Origin: Amoebophrya sp. A120
Lineage: Eukaryota; Protista; Dinoflagellata
Direction: 5' to 3'
Length of the DNA stretch: 64,000 nucleotides
Assembly: GCA_905178155.1 (NCBI GenBank)
Contig: CAJINV010000005.1
Coordinates: 545,715-609,714 of the forward strand
The position numbers and the translations under genes are program-made. A model generated the notes under the pieces. The model was not told where the DNA came from. It did no database searches and worked only from the letters and a program-made list of their open reading frames with translations. Positions 1 to 11,624 of the stretch are shown in pieces. The first letter of the stretch is position 1; each line of letters begins with the position of its first letter.

Positions 1-2528
1 TGAGGAACTCCGTCGAGGCAGCCGCTTCACTCGATCTTGATTTCATCGACCCCTTCCCACTTCCGCCAGCGCTTTGCGGTCGTTTTTTCTTGGTGGACAG
101 CATCGGGATGCTATCGAGGTCGGCTGCGATCAATTCTTTGCTGTTTCGAAGTCTCGCAGAGGGGGACAGGTCCTTGTCATTGATTTTCTTAAATTTACTC
201 GCGGACAAGCTGCGCTGCCTGCTGGTCGCGTTGGTGGACGCGGGTTTCGCAGACGCCGGGCGAGATTTGCTCCTCGCGTCACCGGGGGAGGAAAGCTTCC
301 CCGTGGAGGCGGTACCGGTACCTGGGTAGATAAAATTCAATGTAGGAGTTGGGAAGTGTTTTAATTTATGTGCGCAAGCGCATCTAGTGCATGCTAGATG
401 AAATTACTTTCGTTTTATTTCGATGTCATACGTGAGCAAGCGTTGCAGCCCCTCGTACCTGTCTTCATCTCCTTCGCCTTTGGCGTGATTACGATTTGCG
501 GTTCTATCAGATTTCCATAATCGTCAAACCACTGCGCAGTGTCGGAAATGAATTCCGCGCGCTCCTCCGCCGCACTTGTCGAGCACATCACCTGCAGCGG
601 TCCATATTTCACCTTTTTCCGCTGTTGGCCTGCCGAATTGGTTCCAGATGGCCCCCCTCGTGGCGACGGTGAAGCGGAAAGCATGGTGGTTTGATCCACG
701 ATCATGTCGGGCGATGCGGGCGCACTTGCGTCTCCGTCCAACAGAACTCGTCGCTCGGAGAAAGTCCACTTTTTCGTACTTGCGTCGTAGCTTAGCATCA
801 CCTTTCGTGTCGCGTGCTGGTACCATCTTTTGTGCTGCGGCTTCTTCTTGGGGTCGGTCGCGGGAATTACCTTCTCCTTGTAGTGATAGGTGCCCTCGAC
901 GCGGGCATTCCCGGTGACAGCGACGTCGTAGGTGACGAGGGACCTGATTCGGTTTATTTGCTGCAAATCAAAAAAAAGCTGAAATGTGGTTCGGAAACAG
1001 CATGACAAAGGAAGAGGAACGAATGCGCATGGCATTTTGCAAGGGATAGAGAACAAACTACCACCAAAGCACGTTATACTTGTTTGAGATCTTCTTTTTC
1101 AGCAAGTATTTGCGGAGATCCTTCTTCACCTCTGCGCTCTGAGGAGGCCAGCTCATCGTGTCCGATAGCGGCGCTTCGATGTATTGCTGTGCAGTGCGTT
1201 TTTGATTTGAAAATTGCGCCAGACTCTTTTCTTGTCATTTTTCAGAGAGAAGCATGAGGTTCGTGGCGCAGCACAAAACTGACATAAAATATCCAGCCCT
1301 GATACCTTGAGTTTCCCGGGCTGCAGGCCCTTTTGTGCCGGTGTCCTGACTTTGAAATCCAGCAGCTTCCCTCGATCCTTCACGTCATCACCAGGCTTGT
1401 CTGGCACAGCTGCCGCTGCTGTGACGACTCCACCAACGCTGACGGACGAAGACACCGGCTGCAGGGTCATGGCTGATGAAGAAGATGCAACTGCGCTCGC
1501 GCCACCGGCGACAACGCCGGACGAAGGGACACTCGCTAATCCACTTCCCGGCGGAGCCACCATTATAGCACTGGTGGATGACGACGCAGGCGCCGAGCCC
1601 ACAACTGGTGTAGCTTTTGCAATACCGACGCTCCCTCCATAGTTGTTCATTTTCCCTGGTGGTAAGTAGCTCGGCGCCGTGACGCTGCTGCTGCTACCTG
1701 CATAGGGGTTTGTGGCGGTAGATCCGGCGTACGTGTAGGAGCTTGTCGTCACACTCGCCGTAGCTCCCGCTGACATGCTCGGTGGCCGGTAAACGGAAGG
1801 TGCGGGCGTGGAGGAGGCCGAAGCAGTGCCTCCTGGTATTATCTCCTCTGGAATTGCATCCAAAGAGGAACTGCCGGCAGCAGCTGGCGGTGCCGGTGCG
1901 GCTGCCGCCGTGTATGCCGACGGTGGCGGCGGTGCCGCGTAGGTGGACGCTGTGATTGCGCCAGGTGTGTACGACGAACCGGTTGCTGGTTTGTAAATCG
2001 ATGAGGACGAAGATGACGATGTTCCTGCGCTCCCATAGCCCCCTGCTGTGAAGGACGTGCTACCTCCAGTCGCTGAGGAAGCATAATTACCAACTGAAGA
2101 AGCTGTTGCCGTAATGCCGCCGGGTCTGTACCCAGTTGTGATCCCACTTACGCTAGGAACAGATGCAGAACTTGAAGCCGCGGGGCGAAGTCCGGTGAGG
2201 CCGCTGGTGTAGGAAGTTGGGCCGGAAGTTGATGAAGACGAGGCGGATCCGCTGGGAGTAGCTGTTGTGGCAAGATTCGTATTTTCTTCAGATTGAAATA
2301 AACATAAACAAAGCCGATTGCAGATTCATATCAATGTGAAAGAAAAATGTAGTGACGTATTTGACTTTGTGAATGATCAACGGACTACTTCGCAAGTGCT
2401 ACAACACAAGATTGTCGAGCAGTACGCTTTGCAAGGCTTCCCGCGAGGCCTCCAGGCATTCCGCTCAAGGAGGATCCACCGGGAGGTCCCAGCCCACTGG
2501 GAATGCTACTTGTGAAGTTTTTCTTCAT
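1..2528 (-). CDS. Multi-exon hypothetical protein with Ser/Thr/Ala/Pro-rich N-terminal half; 3' end runs off the window
   Basis: Putative ATG at 2526-2528 (MKKNFTSSIPSG). Long open exon about 1306-2290, then exons about 1060-1185, 460-945 and <1-322. GT donors and AG acceptors seen at several junctions. No recognised domain. Confidence 0.6.
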
Positions 2529-4049
2529 CGTTTTGTCCTTTTAGACAAGTAGTTTGAAACTCCACTACAGCTCTACGCCGACATTCCGAACGAAAATTAT
2601 CAGGAGGGCCTCTTCATCTGCAAGCCATTTTTTTGTCAGGACTTCATCTGCGACGATTTGGCTCACTTATTCTCGCTTGAAAGCTGCAACATAAACGTCA
2701 CACACGAAGACGATGAGGATGATAAGAAAGGAGAAAAAATAAAAGAACCTTTCTCATCAACGACACCTCACGTCATCGGCTCCCTGCCTTTACCTCCTCT
2801 CGATTTACCAGCCACAATTTTGCACTCCACGACCTCATTTCAATCTCAAAATGCCAAACCTCTCGCCACTCACAACACGTGAGCACCCCAACACCTCATT
2901 GTCTCATTCAAAGTTTGCTCGCATTCGTTGCCTTGAAGTTCAAGCCTGGCCATGTTGCTCAGACTTGCAGCGACATTCCGTTGCTTTTATACAGCAGAGA
3001 GAACAAGAACCTTGTGTACAAGATGCACCAGAGGTGGAGGCCAATGACTGAACAACACCGCTCCGGGCGCTGCGCTGCCACCTGTGTGAGCGCGGCAACC
3101 TCGGTCTACTTACTTCTGAAGCCAAACTGGTGGGGCCGAGCGAGCGAGGGGCAAGAAGCAGGCTGCGCCCGTCCGAACGAAAACTGACGGCGCGCCCCTC
3201 CTCTGATCGGGCAACGCCCAGCCGCAATTGTGCGCGGGCGCCGCACACACACACACGGCCACCAAGCGGGGCCAGCGGGGCCAGGCCGTTGCACGGCCGA
3301 CAAACAATAGCAGAAGAGTTTATAGAATCCCGGGTCCCAGGGTAGGGAGGACCAGGGAGGGGATTTTGCTATATAAAACCGAAAACCGAAAACCGAAAAA
3401 TCATAAAAACCCCAATCGCGGCGGTATGATGCTCTTTAACAATTTGCGCGAGTTTTCCATGCGGAATATACTCAATCTCCATGGTAGTGCGATGTCGGGA
3501 ATGCGGCGACAAAAGACAAAGCTATAAGGCGACGCGATGGCAGAGGCAAAGCTACCCTACAAACGGACCGCGCAAAGCTTTTCAAAAATATTTCAACAAT
3601 AAATTTCCAGCACATACACAAAGTTTGCCCCTGATCCACATCCAACCGCCCCGGGCTTTGGACTGTTTTCTCCCCCGCGGGTTAGGCACCCTGCCCGCAT
3701 TAGTTCCAAGGTCTTTACTCCCGTGCCACGCCGTCATGACTAAATAATGGCTATGCCTATTGAGTAATGTTCTGCAGGACACGGCGGCGCGGCGACCGAT
3801 AAAGGAAAAGCAAGACCAAGACCCACGGCCCCTCTGGACCCGAACTACGCGAGAGGGCCCAGAGAAAGCCGCGCGCGGCAGGCCGGGCACGGCCCGCCCG
3901 GCTGTCACAACGGTGCCCATAGCATGGGCGCGCACATGGGGTGGATGCCCGGGCCGAGGCCCACTGCCGCCCAACTTTTGGCGGGCCCCACCCCTGCTCT
4001 TTTTGCCAGTCTCCTCATTAGGGCGGCGGCATGCAGCTTCTCTGCTCCA

Positions 4050-4800
4050 TCCTTCCTCGGGCCCTCGCCGGCAGTTCGGCCGCCGAGCTGGTTTGCCTGC
4101 GTGGGTGCGTGCCCACCGCCATTGCGACCGACCGGGCGAAGTCAGTCAGTCCAGTGGGCAAAATAAGTGGCGCCACCCTTCCTGCGGGCCCCTTCGCCCA
4201 CGCACGCCTGTCCTGGGGCCGGCCCCTTTTTCGTGCCCGCCCGCGCGGGCGGGGCGCGCCACGCAGGCAGTTTCTGGCTAGGGCGCGGGCGGTACACCCG
4301 CACGCCGAGTGCGTGGGACACACGCACGGGCCGGGCAATACAAGGAGCGAAGGCCCGGGGCCCCCGGCGAAATGGACGGGCGCGCGCCGGGGCGGACGGA
4401 GGCGGGCCAACAGGCCGCCTGGCTGCCCCGAAGCACAAGGCCGGCCAAAAGACTGCCATGGGGCGGCGCGGAGGGCAGGGCAGAAGCGAAAGCCGCCGGG
4501 GCGGGCTCGGACGGCAAAGGGCAGACTGGCCCGCCTCCCTGGCCGCGCTCTGCGGCGCACCCTTTCCCCGGGGCGGGCCAACGCCTCCAATATGCGGGCG
4601 CGCCTCCCGTGCGGCGGGCCCGGGCAGACGCACCAACGCGGAGGCCGCAAGGCGGGCCCCCCCGTTCTTCTTTTTTCTGGAAAAACTGGAAAGAGCACGG
4701 CAGGGGCCTCCCGAATATCTCCCCGAAGCCTTCCCAAAATTTTCCAAAGCCAATAGAATGAAAAGCCAACGCAGAAAACACCCGGCGCCCCCTTGAAATA
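4050..4800 (-). pseudogene. Degenerate tyrosine-recombinase (DIRS/Crypton-like) fragment
   Basis: Frameshifted motifs in YR order: FYWLWKILGRLRGDIRE (box I-like), GARRKGGATYFAHW (HxxRxGGAT-like), then WRWA (GRW-like). Confidence 0.4.
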
Positions 4801-6059
4801 CTTTCTTTCGGAAGCACTCACTGCGCTGGGCCGCGGCGGGCCAAAGCCGCCCGGAGCCATTCCGGACCCCATCCCCAGCGAGCATAGCTACAAAAGAAGC
4901 CCGCGCCTATGCCGGGGCGGGAATGGAACACCACCAGCCCCCCTAGCCCGCCCGAATGAAATAGCCGCCGGGGCCTTGGGGCGACCGCGGGCGGTCGCTC
5001 GGGTTGGGCCGGGCGCTGCGCACAAGGCCGCGGAGGCCAGAGAGACGCTTGCCGCTTGCGGCCGGCCGCAAGAAGCCTCCGGGCTTCGCGCGCAAAAGCC
5101 AGCGGGCGCCGGGCCCCCGGCGCGCGGCTGTTCTTTCACTCTGCAACAAAAAACCGGCGGGGGGGCCTGGCCCGGGCAACTTCTAACGACCCACCCAAAG
5201 GGCGGCGCGGCCCACCCGGGGTGGCGCAGGGGCCAAAGCCCGGGCCCAGTCAAAAGCTAGCGCAGGGGGGGCCTTAGCCCCCGCCCCCGAGTTGCTTCGC
5301 CCGCGATCGCCAAAGAGCCGCAATACCCTACAGCACCAACGGACGCACCCACTGGCGCCGCGGCAAGGTCAGCGGGAGGTATTTGCGTGCGCCCGCTGCC
5401 ATCCTGGCTCCTGGGCCAAGTCGCCTCCCCGCCGGCCTGCCATTTTGCCCGGTCGCGGGCGACCTCACTCGCGGGACGGACCTCCCGAAGGCTGGCCTGC
5501 AAAAACCGCGCGGGGCCCCGCCTTGCCACAACGCCCCCGCCCCGCGCTGCTCTGCCAACATCGCGCGCGCGGGGCGCTGGTGACCCCAAAAGGGCCACCG
5601 ACACAACAAAGGGAGCGGGCGCCCCTGGGCATGGCGAAAAGCGCAAGACCCACGAAGGGCAGCCCTTTCGGTGTTTGTACTTAGTGCCAGGCGGCTCCAA
5701 ATAAAATTGGGCCCGGCGGCGCGCCACGCCGGAGTGTCTTCCCAATGCCAAACGCGACGCGAGCTGGGCAGCCGAGGACACGGCACGCACAAACGGCGCC
5801 CCGGCTGGCGGGCAACAGACACGCCAAGAGCTTGGGGCTTTGGAAACTTTTTGGAAAGTGGGTGGGGAACTTGCGCTACCTAACAGGGGTCGCCACTTGT
5901 GCGCCCCTTGCTCTGCGCCATGCTCTACGAACAGAGAGCGCGTCTGGATTCAGCTCCCGGGAGCGAAGTCCAGCCTTCCTCCCTCGGACCCAACTCCCGG
6001 CGAAAACTGCACGGCGGCGCGACTTTTGGCGCCTGAGTTTTATGGCTATGGCGCTCGCC

Positions 6060-7740
6060 TGCGTGGCAGCTTGCCAAAGTCAACGGCTGGCAAGCTGTAG
6101 CGCACAAATGAGGCTGAGGGGCCAAGGAAGTGCGAAGCTGTTGAAGTGGCTTTCTCAACTCTCAGTAGCTTTATTCTCCTTCGTTTCTGCGTTACAAATG
6201 CAGAAATGAAGGACAAAAGAAACGCGAAGAGCTTTCTCCTGTCCTTCGTTTCTGCGTTACAAATTGCCATCATGATTGGCAAGCTGTAGCGCAGAAATGA
6301 AGGGCAAACTATTGAAGTGGCTACTCCAACTGTCCTCCATCGGAAGAAAGTTGAAAAAGTAGCCACTTCGATAACAACTGCATGACAAATTGCCACAGTA
6401 GTGGCAGTTGTTGAAATTGAACAACAACGCAAACGCGTTCAAATTATAGCCACTGCAGCAAGAATTATCTGTGTTGTTGTTCAGTTTGCAACTTGTCACG
6501 CAGCTTTTGATGAAGTGGCCACTTCAACTCTCCACCAGAGTGTCGTGAGCAGCTGCGCGACACGTTGCAAACTGAAGCTGGACAACGACGCCAATTGTTG
6601 AAGTGGCTATGTCAACAATTTGCGTCGTGTGCGAGCAAAAATTGTGAAAGTGGCCACTTCAGCAGTTCGGGTTCTGCGAATTGTTGAAGTGGCCACTTCA
6701 GCAATTCGGGTTGTGCAAAATGTTGAAATGGCCACTTCAACAAAACCCGAATTGCTGAAGTGGCCACTTCAACACTTTGCACAATTATTTCAACAATTTG
6801 CACAACGCAAATTGTTGAAATAGCCATTTCAACAATTTGCACAACCCAAATTGTTGAAGTGGCCACTTCAACAATTTGGGTTGTGCAAAGTGTTGAAATG
6901 GCCATTTCAACAATTCGGGTTCTGCGAATTGTTGAAATGGCCACTTCAACAATTCGGGTTCTGCGAATTGTTGAAGTGGCCAGTTCAACAATTCGGGTTG
7001 TGCAAAATGTTGAAATGGCCACTTCAACAATTCGGGTTCTGCGAATTGTTGAAGTGGCCACTTCAACAATTCGGGTTGTGCAAAATGTTGAAATGGCCAT
7101 TTCAACAATTCGGGTTCTGCGAATTGTTGAAATGGCCACTTCAACAGTTCGGGTTGTGCAAAGTGTTGAAATGGCCATTTCAACAATTCGGGTTCTGCGA
7201 ATTGTTGAAATAATTCGGGTCGTGCAAAATGTTGAAATGGCCATTTCAACAATTGCAATTTAGGGTTTTGTTGAAATGGCCATTTCAACACTTTGCACAG
7301 CCCGAATTTTTGAAATCATGGCCACTTCAACAATTCGCAGAACCCGAATTGTTGAAGTGGCCACTTTCGCAATTTTTGTTCAATTTCAATAAATTGTCAC
7401 TATTGTGGCAATTTGTCATGCGCTTGCTATTCAAATGGCTACCTCAACTCTCCGCGAAGTTGAAGTAGCCACTTCAACACAAGCTGCGTGACACGTTGCA
7501 AACCCAAGCCGAACAACAACAAGAACGCAAATTGTTGAAGTGACTACTTCAAAAATTTGCACAGCGCAAGTTTTTGAAGTGGCAACTTCAACAGTTTGCC
7601 TGTGCGAATTGAAGTAGCCACCTCCATAACAACTGCGTGACAAGTTGTAAACTGAACAACAACGCAAACTGTTGAAGTGGCTACTTCAGCAATTTACTGC
7701 GTCGCTGTTCAATTTCGTCACGCAGTTGTTATTGGTATGG
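6060..7740. repeat. Complex repeat with a 39-bp tandem array built on the 28-bp palindrome AATTGTTGAAGTGGCCACTTCAACAATT
   Basis: About 10 regular units at 6851-7250 with alternating spacers CGGGTTCTGCG and CGGGTTGTGCA. Inverted arms at about 6635-6755 and 7256-7380, with degenerate copies outside. Confidence 0.92.
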
Positions 7741-8394
7741 CTATCAGAAAGCTGAAGGGGCCTTGGCTTGAAAGTTCGCCATGCCATCGGTGAACACATT
7801 TTTAAAAAATGCCCGATGCTTTTTCTATATAGACGCGAACGCTCCTCCCTGGTCCTCCCTGGTCCTCCAGGGTCCTCCCTACTCCCTGTCTATAAATTTC
7901 TCTGCAATAGACACCAAACGCCTCCCAAGGGCCCCAGGCCGCTGCGCTTTTCTGTGTCGTGGAAGGATGGGGGCAGTCGCTGCGGCCCCCAATGCATGGC
8001 GGCCGCCCGCGGCCCGGCCCCGGGCCCAGCGGCCAAACAGATCTGCCCATGGCGCCCCGCCAAGCTGTCCAAAAAGCCACAACGCGGGCCCCGCTCCCCG
8101 GCCTCTATCTTCGACGTCGCCCAGGCGCTCTCTGCGAGTACACAAACTCGCAGAGCCGCTCCGCCACGTGTCCGGCGCTGCCCCGAATGCCACTGGGTCG
8201 CGTAGATTCCACTGGCGACACCCATGCAGAAGGTGAAGGGTCCGGCTTTCCGCCGTTGATGGCCAAACGAAAACACGGCGCCACCAATGGCCCGGCTGTC
8301 GGTCCTCTTTCGGCTGTTGCTCCGCCGGCCCGCATGTGGTATGATCCATGCAACTGCTTGCGACCCAGGCCCGCGGGGTCGCCAGGCACTGCGC

Positions 8395-8690
8395 TCATGT
8401 GCGCCGCCCGGGCTTCACGTCTGTCGACACACAGCCACCGGCGACGCGGAAAGCTACCAAGAAGTTCACAAGAAGCGCTTCATTTTTTTGGATCTCGCTC
8501 TGTCCTCTGAACATTGCTTGTGGCACTGAGGCTCTCGAGAAACGTCGGACACTCAAGATTGAAACGCATAGCAGGACTTTTCTTTTGCTGCATGTCTCAA
8601 GTCCTCCTCGAAGATGAAACTCGCCGCCAGTTCGGAACAGCGACGCCTTCTCAGCCAAACACAAACTAGAGGGAAGTTCGAACACATGCA
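8395..8690 (-). pseudogene. Degenerate rve-type (DDE) integrase fragment
   Basis: SLFRTGGEFHLRGGLETCSKRKV resembles the xRTDxGGEF second-Asp region. It is followed by SVPQAMFRGQSE, similar to PQxNGxAE. Confidence 0.35.
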
Positions 8691-8785
8691 GGCAGAAACC
8701 ACGCGTAACAATATTCTGTGACTGTTGAAATTAGAGACTAGCTCGAATACGAGCGTCTAAACCTCAAAGAATGGACTTCAGGATG

Positions 8786-11420
8786 TCAAGACAGCAGTTC
8801 TAACGGTCGCAAAAGTTTCCAGGAGTTGTCCTCTGTAGGTTGCTCGTGTCGTCCCACTCTAGTTGCAGTGCTTGTAGAATTTGCGTTCGCCGTAGCTTCT
8901 ACTTCAGAAGCCGGGTCATACTGTTTCGCAAGTTGTCTCAACGCGGCTCCGACAGTGTTGTTCCGCTTGCCGTGCTGAGTTCGCTCGTTCGGATCCGGCA
9001 CTCGCTCGCTTCCATATTGCTCGTGGTGACCTCCACCGCCGAGGTATTGCGCATCGGCATCGTCGTGGGTTTCTCCAGCATGATCATCTCCCAGCAGTTC
9101 TTCGCCATTCGCGTCTCGCTGCGTTGCGGGAACCAGCGGTGAGTCAATTTTCGCCACCAAGTCCCGCGTGATGTCCTTGATGTTCACCCGATCGTGGATG
9201 CCGGTCGAATTATGCAAATGCGCCACACCGTACTTGTTAAAAACCCTGCTCCGCGAGTCCGTCAAATCCAGCCGCACCTCCGTCTGAAACCTCGCGCAGT
9301 CCTGCCGCAAAGCTTGCAAATCGAGGTAGAAACTCTGTTTCGCCTGCGTCCAGAAATTTTTCGCGTCGTGCTGGAGCGTTTGCTTCAACCGCAGAAATTT
9401 TACTTCCAATTCGCGGTACTTCTGATCCAGAATCACCTCTCTCTGTTGCATCTTCTTGTTCTGACTGTCAAATGCAAGCTGGAGGTCCGCGGAAAGGTGA
9501 ATCTGGGCGGTTGGGTCACCGTTGTAAGCCGTTTCGACTGCGGAAAGCGGAGACGGTACCTGTGGGGTTTTGGTGATGATGAAAGAGGTATTTGTTTTTT
9601 GTTTTCTCGTACGATTATTTGACCCATGTCTTAACACCAGAACCATCAAAGTAGACGAGGGTACGCATCCACGCAACAAATGAAAACCTAATCGTTCCAA
9701 AATATACTCTTACCACCGCCCCTCCCGTCGCCTGCAGGTAGTTCGCCGAGGAGCCGGGAAACGGGAACGCCAACTCGAGTTCCAATTGCGCCAGCCGCTC
9801 GCGCATCTTCTTGACTTCCTCCGCGACAAAGCCGGTTATTCTCGTTTCCGCTTCTTCCAGCTGCTTTTGATGGATCGTTCCGCCGTGAAGCTTCGATTGC
9901 GCCAGCGCCGCAGTGCGGAGTTCGCGGACCTGGGTCTGCAGGGAGCGGACCTCTTTCGCGTTATTTGATAGCGCCACTGTATTCTGTCCTGTTGGGTGCA
10001 GCTGCTGATGCTGGAGAGGTGACGAAGGATCTTGTCCAAGAACCACCGTGGGCGAAAGTGCTGCTCTCGTCGCATCCTCTGGATGGTTTACAATCCCTGT
10101 CTTGCTGTTGAACAACCCGAAAGGCGATAGGACTCTCGTTGCAAGCGCAGGCGAGTTTGTTTCCGCCGGGTTATTCACGCTCTCCAAAATCTTGTCAACC
10201 TCCCGGGTCGTTGTACTGGCTGACGCAAGAACTTTGTTTCCTTCCAGCGCCTCGTTGATCTTCTGCGCCATCTGCTGCAAGTCATCTTCGTACCAAACCA
10301 CCACCGGCGCAATGGCCGTTTCGATTTCGCCTAATCTGCCTTCGTAGGTTGCGCACTTCCGCAGCAAATCCTCAATCCGATTGGTGTTCACGTTTTCCTT
10401 CAGTTCCAGCCGGCTCTCCAGGTCGTCAACTCTTTCGAGAAGCTGCGTGTGAGCAGAATCATGGCTAGCACGATCAGGCTGATGAAGTAGGTCCGTGCCA
10501 GTTCCTGCGAAGGCGGAGGAAGATGACGCTCCTTCCAACCCGTGGCTTTCGACCTTCTGGATTCTCGCGAGGAGCTCCGCGACGCGTCCTCCAGTTGTCT
10601 CTCCTTCTTCACGAAATAAAGCGTCCTTCAACAACTGTTGAGAAGATTCGCTGGTCTTCACTTCCAATTGCTTCTGGATTTCCGCTCGCACAAACTCCGT
10701 TGTCGTTAAATCCACGATCTGCGCCACCTTGCTGTCCAACTCCGCCGCGAACTTCGTTTCCATCACAGCAACCCTCTCTTCCACCTCTCGAGCCACAGTA
10801 GCCGCAACGACGTCCGCAAGCTTCTGCTCCACGTTTTCGCGGATGATCTGCTCGATCGTCCCGTCGTAGATCCCATCGAGCTTTTTTCCCACGACCTGCA
10901 GCGTGATTCGGAGCGAATTCTTGATCTCCTTGACGTAGTTCTGGAGAAATTCCAGCAACGGCTCAGGAATCGTTTTGCTCGCAATTTCCAGTGCGCGGAT
11001 CGCAAATTCCTGTTCCCGCTGCCTGTTGTCGAGCGACTGGAGGTTTCTTTTGAGTTCCTTCTGCTGCAAATACAGTCCCCGGACAATCTCACCCTCCTCG
11101 CTGTGCAGAAAGGCATCTTCGAGGTGCTGCTGATGCTTCGATTTTCTGTTCGCGGCGGAAGGGCTTCGGCTATGCTGACTGGCGGTTCTGGAACTGCTAC
11201 CAGCTGCACCTGGTCCTCTTCGGAGGATCGGGACGCGACCGTGACCATCCTCTGTGGGGGTGGTCGTGGGGTGCCCATGCCGGTCATATTTGTAGGGGCT
11301 GTGCTCGTGCTGCGTCGGCGATTCCTTGGTCGATACGGCGGGCGAGTGAGAGTGCCCGCGTGCTCTGGGGCGGTGGAAGCTGCTCGCTGCTGGGGGATGG
11401 GGATGATTTGCCGTGGACAT
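8786..11420 (-). CDS. Coiled-coil hypothetical protein (2 exons)
   Basis: 601-aa and 304-aa ORFs joined by a GT-AG intron (GTAAGA near 9712, CCCCACAG near 9560). Glu/Leu/Gln-rich heptads. Confidence 0.75.
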
Positions 11421-11624
11421 GCAAGAATAAAGTTAAAGATCAGACAGGACAGTTATGTCATTCTGAACTTGGTTCGCGTGTTGAGCTTGTTGAGGAGCAT
11501 AGTTCTGCTTGGATGTATCACTATCTCTTCTCCCTCTATAAAAGACGCCGCCCTGTGCGTCGGTAGTGCTTTTTGAGGTTCTCGTTCCCCATCTATTTCT
11601 CTCGCTCCGCAGGTCATCGCTTCG

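Larger units (their letters stand above)
3306..7909. mobile_element. About 4.6-kb degenerate TIR element nested in a GC-rich TE relic
   Basis: 3306-3375 and 7825-7909 are imperfect inverted repeats sharing CTCCCTGGTCCTCCCTAC and CTATAAA..TCTGC.AT. The right end reads TATTGCAGAGAAA inward. The TSD is not clean. Confidence 0.55.

Noticed and set aside
3760-5900. Many overlapping Arg/Pro/Gly/Ala-rich ORFs (also at 12000-13800 and 49000-50600)
   Set aside because: They reflect stop-codon scarcity in GC-rich DNA and give no coherent protein.
6640-7380. CRISPR array
   Set aside because: Spacers are only 11 bp and alternate between two sequences. There are no cas genes and the context is eukaryotic.
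6612-7468. 13-aa repeat proteins (PELLKWPFQQFAE and similar)
   Set aside because: They are open on both strands as a by-product of a palindromic 39-bp unit.
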